NCBI GenBank assembly: GCA_035546615.1
Contig: DASZWM010000007.1
Span: 1,451 to 65,450, forward strand
Source of the DNA: Minisyncoccota bacterium
Lineage (GTDB): Bacteria > Patescibacteriota > Minisyncoccia > Phycocordibacterales > SBAW01
Direction: 5' to 3'
Length of the DNA stretch: 64,000 nt
The notes beneath the pieces were generated by a model that did no database searches, was not told the origin of the DNA, and was given only the letters and a program-made list of their open reading frames with translations. Position 1 is the stretch's first letter. Every line of letters begins with the position of its first letter. Of the stretch, positions 17,171 through 26,376 are shown in pieces. A program made the position numbers and the translations under genes.

Positions 17171-19665
17171 TTCTTCGCTGCCATCAAGCGCTGATGTTCT
17201 TCCGTGTTCTTCATGCCGCAGTTCTTCCACTTCTTGCCTGAGCCGCAGGGGCATAGGTCATTGCGCCCGATGCCCTCCTCCGCGGCCATGGCCGCAAGAT
17301 TAATGGTGGGCGTGGCCGCGGTCGGTGTTGCGGCGAGCGAAGAAGAATTCTGCGCGGCCTGCGGGGTCACCTTTTCGAGCATCTCGAACACCTGGTTCTT
17401 GAGCACCATTTCCATCTCCTTGTACATCTGGGTGCCTTCCCTGCGGTATTCGACAAGCGGGTCGCGCTGGCCGTAGGCGCGCAGGTTCACGGAGCCGCGC
17501 AGGTATTCCATGCTCTCCAAGTGCTCTACCCATAGCATGTCGAGCGTCTGAAGCACGATGTTGCGCGCGCTGGTAAGCAGCGCTTCGCGGCCGAGCTCCT
17601 CTTCTTTCTTCTTCAAAAGCTCCTGCGCTTCCGGGCTTCCCTCGGACAGCTCCGCAAGCACCGCGGCGACCTCCTCCGGCGTGCCTACGAGCACCGCGCG
17701 GCGCTTCTGGTATACGGCGCGGCGCTGGCGGTCGAGCACGTTGTCGAACTCAAGCACGTGCTTGCGGGCGTCGAAGTTGAATCCTTCTATCTTGGTCTGC
17801 GCGCTCTCAAGAGCGCGTGACACGAGCCTGTTCTGTATGGGCTCGTCCTCGGGAATGCCGAAGCGGCCCATCATCGTCTTGATGGTATCGGAGGCGAAAA
17901 CGCGCATAAGGGTGTCCTCGAGCGACACGAGGAACTGCGTCTCGCCCGGGTCGCCCTGGCGGCCGGAGCGGCCGCGCAGCTGGTTGTCGATGCGGCGCGC
18001 CTCGTGGCGCTCGGTACCCACGACAAAGAGCCCGCCGAGCGAGCGCACTTCGTCGGCCTCTTCGGGGCTGGCCATGGCGCCGCCCAACTTGATGTCGACG
18101 CCGCGGCCCGCCATGTTGGTGGCGACGGTAACGCGGCCCTTCTTGCCGGCTTCGGCGACTATCTCGCCTTCGCGCTCGTGGTTCTTGGCGTTGAGTACTT
18201 CGTGCGGAATGCCTTCGCGCTTGAGGTACGCCGACAGAAGCTCGTTCTTTTCTATTGATACGGTGCCCACCAGGACCGGCTGGCCCTTTTCGTGCATGAG
18301 CTTTATCTGCTTGGAGAGCGCGCTGAACTTGCCGTTCTCGGTCTGAAAGATGAGGTCGTTGTGGTCTTTGCGCACGACCGGCTGGTTGGTCGGCACTTCG
18401 GCGACCTCAAGGCCGTATACCTTATAGAATTCCTCGCTCGACGTGGCGGCGGTGCCGGTCATGCCCGCGAGCTTCCCGTACAGCTTGAAATAGTTCTGAT
18501 AGGTTATCGAGGCGAACGTGCGCGATTCCTTCTGCACGACCACTCCTTCCTTGGCCTCTATGGCCTGGTGCAGGCCCTCGCTCCAGCGGCGGCCCGGCTG
18601 CATGCGGCCGGTCGACTCGTCTACGATGATGACCTCGCCGTCCTTCACGACATACGCGATATCACGCTTGTAGAGGGCGCGTGCGCGCACGGCGGTCTCC
18701 AGGTGATGCACGTACTTGATGCCCTTTTCGGTGTAGAGGTCGTCGATGCCCAGGAGCTTCTCCGCATGGGTGATGCCTTCGTCCGTCATCTGTATCGCCT
18801 TGCGCTTCTCGTCCACGGTGTAGTCGGTCTCCGGAGAAAGCGCCGCGGAGATGCGCGCGAAGGTGCGGTACAGGTCCTCCGAATCCGCGCCGGGGGCGGA
18901 GATGATGAGCGGCGTGCGCGCCTCGTCGATGAGGATGGAGTCAATCTCGTCCACTATCGCGAAGCTGTGGCCGCGCTGGCGCAGGTCGGACGCCTTGTAC
19001 GCGATGTTGTCGCGCAGATAATCGAACCCGAATTCGGAATTGGTGCCGTACGTGATGTCGGCGGCGTACGCCTGCGCGCGCGAGCACGGGCGCAGAAAAT
19101 CATGAAAGACGCGGAAGCTCCCTTCCTGGTCGCGCATCGCGTCCTCTTCCTTCTTCACGTGCGAAGAATCGTACAGGTAGGAGGAGTCGTGATTGATGAC
19201 GCCGACGGAAAGCCCGAGCGCCGCGTACACCTGGCCCATCCATACGGCGTCGCGGCGGGCGAGATAGTCGTTGACGGTGATGACATGCACGCCCTTGTTC
19301 TCAAGCGCGTTCAAGTACGCGGGCAGGGTGGCGACCAGTGTCTTGCCTTCGCCGGTCTTCATCTCGGCGATGCCGCCGCGGTGGAGCACCAGGCCGCCGA
19401 TGAGCTGCACGTCGAAGTGCCGCAGCTTCATTGTGCGCTTTGCCGCCTCGCGCACGGCGGCGAACGCCTCCGGCAGGATGTCGTCCAGCGTGGCGCCGGC
19501 GGCGAGCCGGTTGCGGAAGGCATGCGTCTTTTCCCTCAGCGCCTCCGGGGAAAGCGCCTGCATATCGGCCTCCAGGCCGTTTACGGCCTCTACCGCCGCC
19601 GAAGCTCCTTTCAGGGCCTGGGCGGGGGCGGAGCCGAAGAGATTCTTGAGCGAAAACATGAGCAA
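17167..19665 (-). CDS. secA: Preprotein translocase ATPase SecA
   Basis: 832 aa. DEAD-like motor and C-terminal zinc finger CPCGSGKKWKNCG. Start is TTG at 19665 or ATG at 19659. Confidence 0.97.
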   Translation of the reverse strand: MLMFSLKNLFGSAPAQALKGASAAVEAVNGLEADMQALSPEALREKTHAFRNRLAAGATLDDILPEAFAAVREAAKRTMKLRHFDVQLIGGLVLHRGGIAEMKTGEGKTLVATLPAYLNALENKGVHVITVNDYLARRDAVWMGQVYAALGLSVGVINHDSSYLYDSSHVKKEEDAMRDQEGSFRVFHDFLRPCSRAQAYAADITYGTNSEFGFDYLRDNIAYKASDLRQRGHSFAIVDEIDSILIDEARTPLIISAPGADSEDLYRTFARISAALSPETDYTVDEKRKAIQMTDEGITHAEKLLGIDDLYTEKGIKYVHHLETAVRARALYKRDIAYVVKDGEVIIVDESTGRMQPGRRWSEGLHQAIEAKEGVVVQKESRTFASITYQNYFKLYGKLAGMTGTAATSSEEFYKVYGLEVAEVPTNQPVVRKDHNDLIFQTENGKFSALSKQIKLMHEKGQPVLVGTVSIEKNELLSAYLKREGIPHEVLNAKNHEREGEIVAEAGKKGRVTVATNMAGRGVDIKLGGAMASPEEADEVRSLGGLFVVGTERHEARRIDNQLRGRSGRQGDPGETQFLVSLEDTLMRVFASDTIKTMMGRFGIPEDEPIQNRLVSRALESAQTKIEGFNFDARKHVLEFDNVLDRQRRAVYQKRRAVLVGTPEEVAAVLAELSEGSPEAQELLKKKEEELGREALLTSARNIVLQTLDMLWVEHLESMEYLRGSVNLRAYGQRDPLVEYRREGTQMYKEMEMVLKNQVFEMLEKVTPQAAQNSSSLAATPTAATPTINLAAMAAEEGIGRNDLCPCGSGKKWKNCGMKNTEEHQRLMAAKK

Positions 19666-19726
19666 ATACTATACCACGAAAGGCTTCATACCGTCAGGGA
19701 GCGCTTTGCCGGGCGGCATAGGAAAC

Positions 19727-19761
19727 GGAAAAGGCGTCTGCCCAGGACAGACGCCTTTTCC
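19727..19761 (-). terminator. Hairpin terminator between the murB region and secA
   Basis: ggaaaaggcgtctg-cccagga-cagacgccttttcc, a perfect 12-bp stem with A/U flanks. Confidence 0.55.
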
Positions 19762-19866
19762 TTCGAGAGGATATTCTCGCTCTTCTACAGGAAGAAGAGC
19801 GAGTCGCGCATTATCTGCGCTTCTTTGCGGCCTTCTTTGCCTTCTTTTTCTTTGCCATAATTTTTG

Positions 19867-19882
19867 TGCGATACGTATCGCA
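19867..19882. promoter_or_regulatory. Perfect 16-bp palindrome TGCGATACGTATCGCA, a candidate operator site
   Basis: Exact reverse-complement identity. Lies in the non-coding AT-rich stretch upstream of a Lys-rich micro-ORF and secA. Confidence 0.3.
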
Positions 19883-20022
19883 AATTTAAGTGTTGCACCG
19901 ATCGACCTTGTTTTTTGCGCGCTCGCGAGGGACGTCGCAAGAACAATGCTCGATGCCCTACATACCAGTATTGTTCATTGCGTATCGATGCACAATGAAA
20001 AAAAGATTTCTAGTGTGGATAA

Positions 20023-21021
20023 CTATACGATGCGAACTTCGGGTTCTATTTCAATCTTAAATGATCGCCGTATTTTTTCTTGCACAAATTCGGCGAGGGT
20101 GCGGACATCTTCAGCGGTAGCGCCGCGATCCGCGACAATAACAAGCGGCTGCCGTTCGAACAGGCGAGCTGTTCCCATGCGGTAACCGCGCAGGTTAAGC
20201 GCATGATCTAGAAGCCACGCGAGAGGCACCTTCACTTCTTTTGACTCCGGCAGATCAAACAGGGGCATTCCCGGGTGGTGCGCCTGGAGTTTAAGAGCGT
20301 CTTCCCGAGGCAAAAGCGGGTTCTTGAAGAACGAGCCGGCAGTTCCCTCTTTGCTGATGTCAGGAAACTTCGCCGCACGTATCTTGAGCACCGCGCTGCG
20401 TATCGCGGGCAGAGCCGGCTCCCTGCCGGCGAACCGCTGTGCAAGGTCTTTGTATGAAATGTTCGGCGAGGGCGCGTCCGAAAGCGCGAAAGCCGCGCGC
20501 AAAATGGCGTACCGGCCTTCGTGATGCTTGAAAATGCTCTCGCGGTAGCCGGATGCGTATTCTTCTTTGCTTATTCTCTTTACCCGCGCGTCTGTCGTAT
20601 CAAACACTTCGGCCCACTGAAATGTCTGCGACAGCGCCGCGCCGTACGCGCCGATATTCTGCACGACCGCGCCGCCGACGGTTCCCGGAATGCCGGAAAG
20701 ATTCTCGATGCCCCACAGCTTACTTTCCACTGCTTGCCCGACAAGCGCGTCCCAGTTCTCCCCCGCCCCGACGATGAACGCAGTCCTATCGCGCTCGACG
20801 CCTTCTATCGCGACCTGCACGACGAGCCCGTCGAAGCCCGCATCATCGAACAGCACGTTCGAGCCGCCGCCCAATATAAAAATCTTCCGTTCCTTTTCTT
20901 TCGCGAACGCCAACGCCTTGCGCACATCCTCCACGGTCCGCGCAAGCGCGAGATACCGCGCGGGCCCGCCTATCTTAAAAGTCGTCAGCGGCGCGAGCGA
21001 GACGTTTTCCCGTATATCCAT
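20023..21021 (-). CDS. murB: UDP-N-acetylenolpyruvoylglucosamine reductase
   Basis: 332 aa. FAD-binding PCMH domain (TFKIGGPARY..LGGGSNVLF) and MurB C-terminal domain. Confidence 0.93.
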   Translation of the reverse strand: MDIRENVSLAPLTTFKIGGPARYLALARTVEDVRKALAFAKEKERKIFILGGGSNVLFDDAGFDGLVVQVAIEGVERDRTAFIVGAGENWDALVGQAVESKLWGIENLSGIPGTVGGAVVQNIGAYGAALSQTFQWAEVFDTTDARVKRISKEEYASGYRESIFKHHEGRYAILRAAFALSDAPSPNISYKDLAQRFAGREPALPAIRSAVLKIRAAKFPDISKEGTAGSFFKNPLLPREDALKLQAHHPGMPLFDLPESKEVKVPLAWLLDHALNLRGYRMGTARLFERQPLVIVADRGATAEDVRTLAEFVQEKIRRSFKIEIEPEVRIV

Positions 21022-21144
21022 CGTCGTAAGGTGTGCTCTGTGTGGGAAGCGGATGCGAGCTCCAAAACATTGTCATGATGTGAGTGCAGACGCTCCCCAC
21101 GCAAAGCGCACTCCTTGAGTATAACAGGTGTGAGAGGCTCGTCA

Positions 21145-21261
21145 GATTCACTAGGCCGGATGGAGCGCGAGGCGTCGAGGAGCGAAAAAGTGAGGCATAG
21201 GTTGCTATGGCGAGCTTTTTCGCGACAAAGGCAACGATGCGATACGCCGGCCTAGTGAATC
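21145..21261. repeat. Nested inverted-repeat element: 15-bp perfect arms GATTCACTAGGCCGG / CCGGCCTAGTGAATC around an 87-nt core that carries a second IR (GCGAAAAAG...CTTTTTCGC)
   Basis: Arms at 21145-21159 and 21247-21261. Lies in the murB 5' region, immediately next to a terminator. Confidence 0.5.
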
Positions 21262-21290
21262 TGAAAACGAAAATCCCCCATTGCTGGGGG
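21262..21290 (-). terminator. Intrinsic terminator downstream of the Wzy_C-TPR gene
   Basis: ccccca-ttgc-tggggg hairpin followed on the minus strand by AUUUUCGUUUUCA. Confidence 0.55.
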
Positions 21291-21589
21291 CTTTCGTTGA
21301 CAATGTTTCTGAAGAGCCGGCGCATCCCGGCACTCACATATAATAAGTATAGCAAAACTCACTACTATGTCCATAAATGCGCGGGACGTCGATGAGATGC
21401 GAGGCGCAGATGAGGATCGGACTGAGCAATAGGCCGCCTATTGTGAAGGTGAGAACGTGCGGGGCACGTTCGCAAGACCTTTTGAGATAGTTTGTTCCTT
21501 TCTGAAGGGATCGAACTATCCAAAAGGTGTACTGCTCCTGTAAGGAGAACCGGAATCCGCAACAAAGCAGATCGCGGCGTCCAGCGCGT

Positions 21590-23869
21590 TTATTGTCCAG
21601 GTTTTAGAGTGCCGTTCTTTATATTCGTGATAAGCCCCTGCACCTGTCCCGCCGCCGCGGGATTGAGCCTGATGACCTCTTCGAGCTCGGCGATGGTCTC
21701 GGCGGTCTTCCCTGCGGTGAAGTACGCGGAGGCGAGCTGCACGTGCATATTGGCGTCGTTCGGATTCTTCGCGACCCGAGCCTGCCAGACGGCGACGATG
21801 CGGCCGTACTGCTTGGTGTCGGTATATATCTGGAGGAGCTGGTCGTTATCGACCGCCGTGGTGCCGTACGCCTGCATAAGCAGCGCATCGGCTGCGGCGT
21901 TCTGGCCGGCGTAGTACAGGGCGCCGGCGTAGGCGATGCGCGCCTGCTCGTAATCGGGCGATAGGTCGAAGGCTTTCTTGAAGGCGGCCAGGCCGTTGCT
22001 CAAATCGCCCTTCTGTATATAGGTCTGGCCCTCTTGGAAGAGGATCTGCTGCTTGCCCGGCGAGAGCTTCGCGGCCGTAGCCAAATGCTTAAGCGCATCG
22101 TCGTACTGGCCGTACTGGGTCAGGAACAGGCTGTCGAACAACTCAAGGCGCGCGTCATTCTTACGCTGAGCAAGCATCGCGTCTCCCGCGGCGCGCGTAT
22201 AGGCGTATACGGTTTGGGTCAGCTCCGGGCTCGCGCCGGAAGAAGCCTGCCGCAGGCCGTTTGCGAACTGGAAGAGCTGTTCCGTGGTTTCCTGCCGGCC
22301 GAGCTCGGCCCCGTCGTCGAGTGCCGCCTTGAAGGAGGCGAACCGCTTGTCCGGCGTGCGCGGCGCGCCCGTGGGCTCGTTCGTCTGCAGGCCGTCGATA
22401 ATGGTCTGCGCGCGCGCCATGCCGCCGGCGTTGAGCATCCACGCTCCGCCGAGCACCAGCACGGCCACAAGCGGCGCGACTATGGCGACCGTATGGTCAT
22501 TAACGGGCCTGAGCCAGAACATCCACCGCGGCAGCGCCTTCCACGAAAGCACGTGGAGGTACGCCAGCAGCAGGAAGAAGTACGCGATGCTCAAAAGGTT
22601 GTCGAACACGAACAGGTTGTTGAAGGCGTAGGCCGCCAGAAGGCCCAGCAATACGGCCTGCTCGGGGCTGGTAAGCTCAGCCGAGCGGAGTATCGCCCAC
22701 ACGCCAAGCCCGAACAGCGATATGTACAAAAGGAGCGCCGGAACGCCGCCGGCGACGAACCAGTCGAGAAATTCGTTGTGCGCGCGGTCGAACCACTGCT
22801 CCTGCGCCCACATGGCCGGATTGTAATGCTCGTTGAATATGTAGCTGAAGTTCTCCTGGCCCCAGCCGGTAACCGGCTTCTCGAGCGCGCCCTGCACGGC
22901 CATAGGCCATATATAGAAGAGGCGGGCCTTGGTCGTGCCGTCCTCAAGCGATATAGACGCGAGGCGTCCGAGGCCGGGAGAGTTGCGGACGAAGTCCGTA
23001 TCCTTCACCGCGATGAAGAGCGCCGCGCATATCGCGATGACGCCAAGCGCTCCCCATGACGCGCGGCGAAGCGTCCTGTACTGCTCTTCCCTGGCGCGCA
23101 GCGCCACGTATACGGCGGCCACGATAAGCCCGCCCACAAAGCCCAAAAGCGCGCCGCGGGTCTCGGTAAAGTAGAGCGCCGGCAACTCGAGCAGGAGCGC
23201 GATGCCGTAGAGCGTCAATGCGGTCGGCGACCTGCGGTCGCGCACCATCATATAGAGCGTCAGGAAGAGGTTGAGCAGCATGAACACGGCCAGGTACGTC
23301 GCGTTGCCGAAGCTGGTATCGGCGCGCACGCCGGACTGGGTCGAGGGCGACAGGCCGAACAGGTGGAACACCTGGAAAAGCGCGTAGATGCCTTGCGTTG
23401 CTGCTACCGCTATAGAGATGCGGAAGAACGCGTCCCACCAGCGCGACGCGTTGAATACTGCGCCGGCCACCACGAACAGCGCGAACAGGTGTATGACGGT
23501 AATGTAGCCGTCCATGCGCTCGAAGTTGCTCCAGAAGCTCTTTATCGGGTCGACGCTCAGCGCGGTCGCAAGAGCCATCCACAGCACGAACGCGCCGGCG
23601 GCCCACATAAGGTACGAGGCCTTGGGGCGGTATGCCGGCTCCTTTATCGCGAGTATGGCGTACAGCAGGACGATAAGCTCGACGAGCAGGCGGAACACGA
23701 AGTTCTTGCCCGTAATGTACGGGAAGTACATGGCCGGCACCCAGCCGCTGCCGGCGACGATAAAGGAGATGCACGGGACGGCGCACAGCCCGCCGATAAT
23801 AGCCCAGCGCAGATAGGTGGTATACGACATACGCGACACTATACCACAACACAGGCCGCCGATCCCCAA
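21590..23869 (-). CDS. Polytopic membrane protein with O-antigen-ligase-like (Wzy_C) domain and C-terminal TPR repeats. Candidate oligosaccharyltransferase/polymerase
   Basis: About 12 TM helices. Wzy_C signature region ETRGALLGF...WFDRAHNEFLDWFVAGG. The C-terminal ~250 aa are TPR-like (YAGALYYAGQNAAAD..MHVQLASAYFTAGKTAETIAELEEVIRLNP). Confidence 0.8.
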   Translation of the reverse strand: MGIGGLCCGIVSRMSYTTYLRWAIIGGLCAVPCISFIVAGSGWVPAMYFPYITGKNFVFRLLVELIVLLYAILAIKEPAYRPKASYLMWAAGAFVLWMALATALSVDPIKSFWSNFERMDGYITVIHLFALFVVAGAVFNASRWWDAFFRISIAVAATQGIYALFQVFHLFGLSPSTQSGVRADTSFGNATYLAVFMLLNLFLTLYMMVRDRRSPTALTLYGIALLLELPALYFTETRGALLGFVGGLIVAAVYVALRAREEQYRTLRRASWGALGVIAICAALFIAVKDTDFVRNSPGLGRLASISLEDGTTKARLFYIWPMAVQGALEKPVTGWGQENFSYIFNEHYNPAMWAQEQWFDRAHNEFLDWFVAGGVPALLLYISLFGLGVWAILRSAELTSPEQAVLLGLLAAYAFNNLFVFDNLLSIAYFFLLLAYLHVLSWKALPRWMFWLRPVNDHTVAIVAPLVAVLVLGGAWMLNAGGMARAQTIIDGLQTNEPTGAPRTPDKRFASFKAALDDGAELGRQETTEQLFQFANGLRQASSGASPELTQTVYAYTRAAGDAMLAQRKNDARLELFDSLFLTQYGQYDDALKHLATAAKLSPGKQQILFQEGQTYIQKGDLSNGLAAFKKAFDLSPDYEQARIAYAGALYYAGQNAAADALLMQAYGTTAVDNDQLLQIYTDTKQYGRIVAVWQARVAKNPNDANMHVQLASAYFTAGKTAETIAELEEVIRLNPAAAGQVQGLITNIKNGTLKPGQ

Positions 23870-23873
23870 GGCG

Positions 23874-24197
23874 CTAGCTAACCGTGCCCCACGACGGCGT
23901 CATAAGGTCGCCTATCTGCCAATCCGCTATCTCGCGCAATATCTCGTTGTGCTCCCGGTGCTTGGGATGGTTGCGATATGTCTGCAGGGCCTCGTTGTCC
24001 CGGAATAGCCCGATGACGACGAGATGCACATTCTTGCGCATGTCGAGATTGTGCCCCGCCTGGAAGTACAAAATGCCCGCCTCCTTGCCGCCGCATTCCT
24101 CGGCGAGCGTCTGGAACCGGTCGTACACCTCCTTCTTCTTTTCCTCCGGAGCACTGTCGTAGAACGATATCAATACGATGTGCGAGAGGTATTCCAT
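23874..24197 (-). CDS. Dabb-type stress-responsive alpha/beta-barrel protein
   Basis: 107 aa. HIVLISFYDSAPEEKKKEVYDRFQTLAEE..LVVIGLFRDNEALQTYRNHPKHRE. Confidence 0.7.
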   Translation of the reverse strand: MEYLSHIVLISFYDSAPEEKKKEVYDRFQTLAEECGGKEAGILYFQAGHNLDMRKNVHLVVIGLFRDNEALQTYRNHPKHREHNEILREIADWQIGDLMTPSWGTVS

Positions 24198-24217
24198 ATG
24201 AAAAATATACTACGGCT

Positions 24218-25582
24218 TCACTGCCGCAGTTTAGCGGCCGCCGCCCGGCGGCCATGCGCCACGTACATCACGTGCTTCGGGAGCGCACGCGCGTCGAACA
24301 TTCCCCACGGGTCTATGACGACCGTGCGCTTCTTCGCCTTTGCAAGCAGCGCGGGAAGTTCGCTGAAAAGCGGATCGGGATTGGATACGAATATGACTGA
24401 GCTCTGGCGCGCCAAGTCAGCAAGCGTCGGCACATGCAGAACCGACGTGCCCAGCAGGGTTTGTGCTTCCGCGCTGCCTAAAGGCTCGAACACCGCGACG
24501 CGGTAGCGATTGCGCAGCATGCGCTCCACGAGCGCCAGCGCCTGCGAGGCTTCGCCGTGCGTGGTCTTGGGCTTGTAGGAAATGCCGAGGAATCCGACGA
24601 CGTCGCGCTTGCTCCCGGCATGCTCCTCCAAAAGCGCATACATGCTCTCTTCCATCGTTTGGTTGAGGATGTCGGTGGAGCGCGCCAGGTGCGCGGTGAA
24701 ACCGCGCCGCTTTGCCATCGCATAGAACGCGCGGTTGTCGCGCGGGAAGCAGGGGCCGCCGAAGCCGAGCCCAGCCTTCAGGAACTTGCGCCCGATGCGC
24801 GAGTCCTTCCCTATCGCATTGGTTATCTCGTCGACATCGGCGTTCGGGATGCGCGAGGCGATGGCGGCCAGGCCGTTGGCGAACGATATCTTCATCGTCA
24901 AGAACGAATTGAGCGCAATCTTGGCAAGCTCCGCGCTCTCCACGCTCATGCGCTCTATGGCCTGCGACCCCGGATACAGGGTCGTAAAGATCCCCTCCAC
25001 CGCGTCGCCCGCGCGCCCGTCGTGCGCGCCGAGGAACACGAAGTCGGGGCGCTCGAGGTTGTTAAGAATGTCGCCGATGGCGATGAGGCTCGGGCTGTAG
25101 ACGTAGCCGAAGTCGCGGCCGCAGACCTTGCCCGACGCGCGTTCGAATTCGGGTATGATGCGCTCGCGCGAGTCCCCCGGCAATACGGTGCTCACCAGCA
25201 CGAACGTGTGCCATCCCTTCTTGCGCCTGAGCGCCGGGCCCATCGTGCGCGCCGCGGCGGCCACGTAGTCGACCGAGAACAGCCCGCTCTTTTCGCTCGG
25301 CGTGGGCACGATGATAAACGTGATGTCGGTCTCGGCTATGAGCCGGTCCATGTCGGTTGTTGCCGAAAGGCGGCCCCTCGCCGCGGTTATGTAGTCCTGG
25401 AGGCCCGGCTCGGGCACGGGCGCCTTGCCCGCCTCGATGCTCGCGACCTTATGCTCATCAACGTCGAACCCGAGCACCTCGAATCCGGAGCGCGTAAGGA
25501 ACGCCGCATAGCACGCGCCGAGCTTCCCGAGCCCCACCACCGAAAGGCGCGGGAGTTTTTTCTTTGTGGTTTTTGTTTTCAT
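24218..25582 (-). CDS. Nucleotide-sugar dehydrogenase (UDP-glucose/GDP-mannose dehydrogenase family)
   Basis: Rossmann N-terminus LSVVGLGKLGACYA. Catalytic GFGGPCFPRD. Full-length three-domain protein (454 aa). Confidence 0.9.
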   Translation of the reverse strand: MKTKTTKKKLPRLSVVGLGKLGACYAAFLTRSGFEVLGFDVDEHKVASIEAGKAPVPEPGLQDYITAARGRLSATTDMDRLIAETDITFIIVPTPSEKSGLFSVDYVAAAARTMGPALRRKKGWHTFVLVSTVLPGDSRERIIPEFERASGKVCGRDFGYVYSPSLIAIGDILNNLERPDFVFLGAHDGRAGDAVEGIFTTLYPGSQAIERMSVESAELAKIALNSFLTMKISFANGLAAIASRIPNADVDEITNAIGKDSRIGRKFLKAGLGFGGPCFPRDNRAFYAMAKRRGFTAHLARSTDILNQTMEESMYALLEEHAGSKRDVVGFLGISYKPKTTHGEASQALALVERMLRNRYRVAVFEPLGSAEAQTLLGTSVLHVPTLADLARQSSVIFVSNPDPLFSELPALLAKAKKRTVVIDPWGMFDARALPKHVMYVAHGRRAAAAKLRQ

Positions 25583-25685
25583 GACAGCAGACGGTCGCTG
25601 GTATTCGCCTAATCCTACAGAACGCTTACTGATAAATCAATTTCAAAGGTGTTACGGCGGGGATACGCGAAGCGCAATAAAGATA

Positions 25686-25713
25686 TTGACAAAAAGTCAT
25701 AAGGTGATACAAT
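25686..25713 (+). promoter_or_regulatory. Near-consensus sigma70-type promoter TTGACA-N16-TACAAT
   Basis: TTGACA at 25686-25691, TACAAT at 25708-25713, about 28 nt upstream of the ATG at 25742. Confidence 0.5.
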
Positions 25714-25741
25714 TATAAAGAACGTACCGACGCGCAACAGT

Positions 25742-26242
25742 ATGGAAAGGAAACGTTACGTGGGAAGACTGACCAATGAAGACTACGCACGGATATTCGA
25801 CCGGACGACGGGACTCGGCATTGTCCGCGCCGCATGGGACCTCCTCATTCTCGACGAGGACAAGCGGGTCGCGCTCGTGCAGCGGGACATCCCGCCGGAG
25901 CTGGGCACCTGGCATTTGCCGGGCGGCAAGATAAACGGCGGCGAAAGCTTCCAGGAGTTTGCTTCGCGGGTCGCGAAGCACGATCTCGGCATCGGCGTCG
26001 AGTTCGTTGACGCGGTAGGCGGCCTCAACTTCCCTGCAGAGGTATCGACGATGGAAGTAGAGGGCGAAGAGCGCGAGCTCACCATCCATACCGTCTCGAC
26101 TATCCTGCTGTGCAAGCCGCTGTCAGCCGGTTTGCGCGGCAGCGCCGAAGGCAAGAATGTCGGATGGTTCGCAACGGCGCCGAAGCCTGCGCACAGCGTC
26201 CATATTCCGTGGCTCCTGAAGCACGGCTACCTGCAGGCCTAA
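25742..26242 (+). CDS. NUDIX-family hydrolase (degenerate Nudix box)
   Basis: GGKINGGESFQEFASRVAKHDLGIGVE resembles Gx5Ex7REUxEExGU. Confidence 0.55.
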   Translation: MERKRYVGRLTNEDYARIFDRTTGLGIVRAAWDLLILDEDKRVALVQRDIPPELGTWHLPGGKINGGESFQEFASRVAKHDLGIGVEFVDAVGGLNFPAEVSTMEVEGEERELTIHTVSTILLCKPLSAGLRGSAEGKNVGWFATAPKPAHSVHIPWLLKHGYLQA

Positions 26243-26261
26243 CGGCCGGCGGAACAACAGA

Positions 26262-26296
26262 AAAGAGGGCGGGGAAATATCCCCGCCCTTTTTATA
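26262..26296 (+). terminator. Intrinsic terminator
   Basis: agggcgggg-aaatat-ccccgccct followed by ttttta. Confidence 0.6.
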
Positions 26297-26338
26297 TAAA
26301 AAAGATATAGAAGTTACCGTGCGAGCCTTATAGTGATA

Positions 26339-26367
26339 TTGACATATAGTATCAAAAGTGCTATAAT
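26339..26367 (+). promoter_or_regulatory. Perfect consensus sigma70-type promoter TTGACA-N17-TATAAT
   Basis: TTGACA at 26339-26344, 17-nt spacer, TATAAT at 26362-26367. The track ORF start GTG at 26377 would make the mRNA essentially leaderless. An alternative start is GGAGG (26412-26416) plus 8 nt plus TTG at 26425. Confidence 0.55.
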
Positions 26368-26376
26368 AGAGAATAG

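Noticed and set aside
18292-19860. 522-aa plus-strand ORF antisense to secA.
   Set aside because: Shadow ORF. secA on the opposite strand is unambiguous.
21301-21589. tRNA-like GGGATCGAACTATCC segment and small ORFs (21365-21565, 20975-21355) in the Wzy_C 3' region.
   Set aside because: No complementary T-stem or acceptor pairing could be built. The ORFs are low-complexity and unconvincing. The region is probably a 3' UTR upstream of the terminator at 21262-21290.
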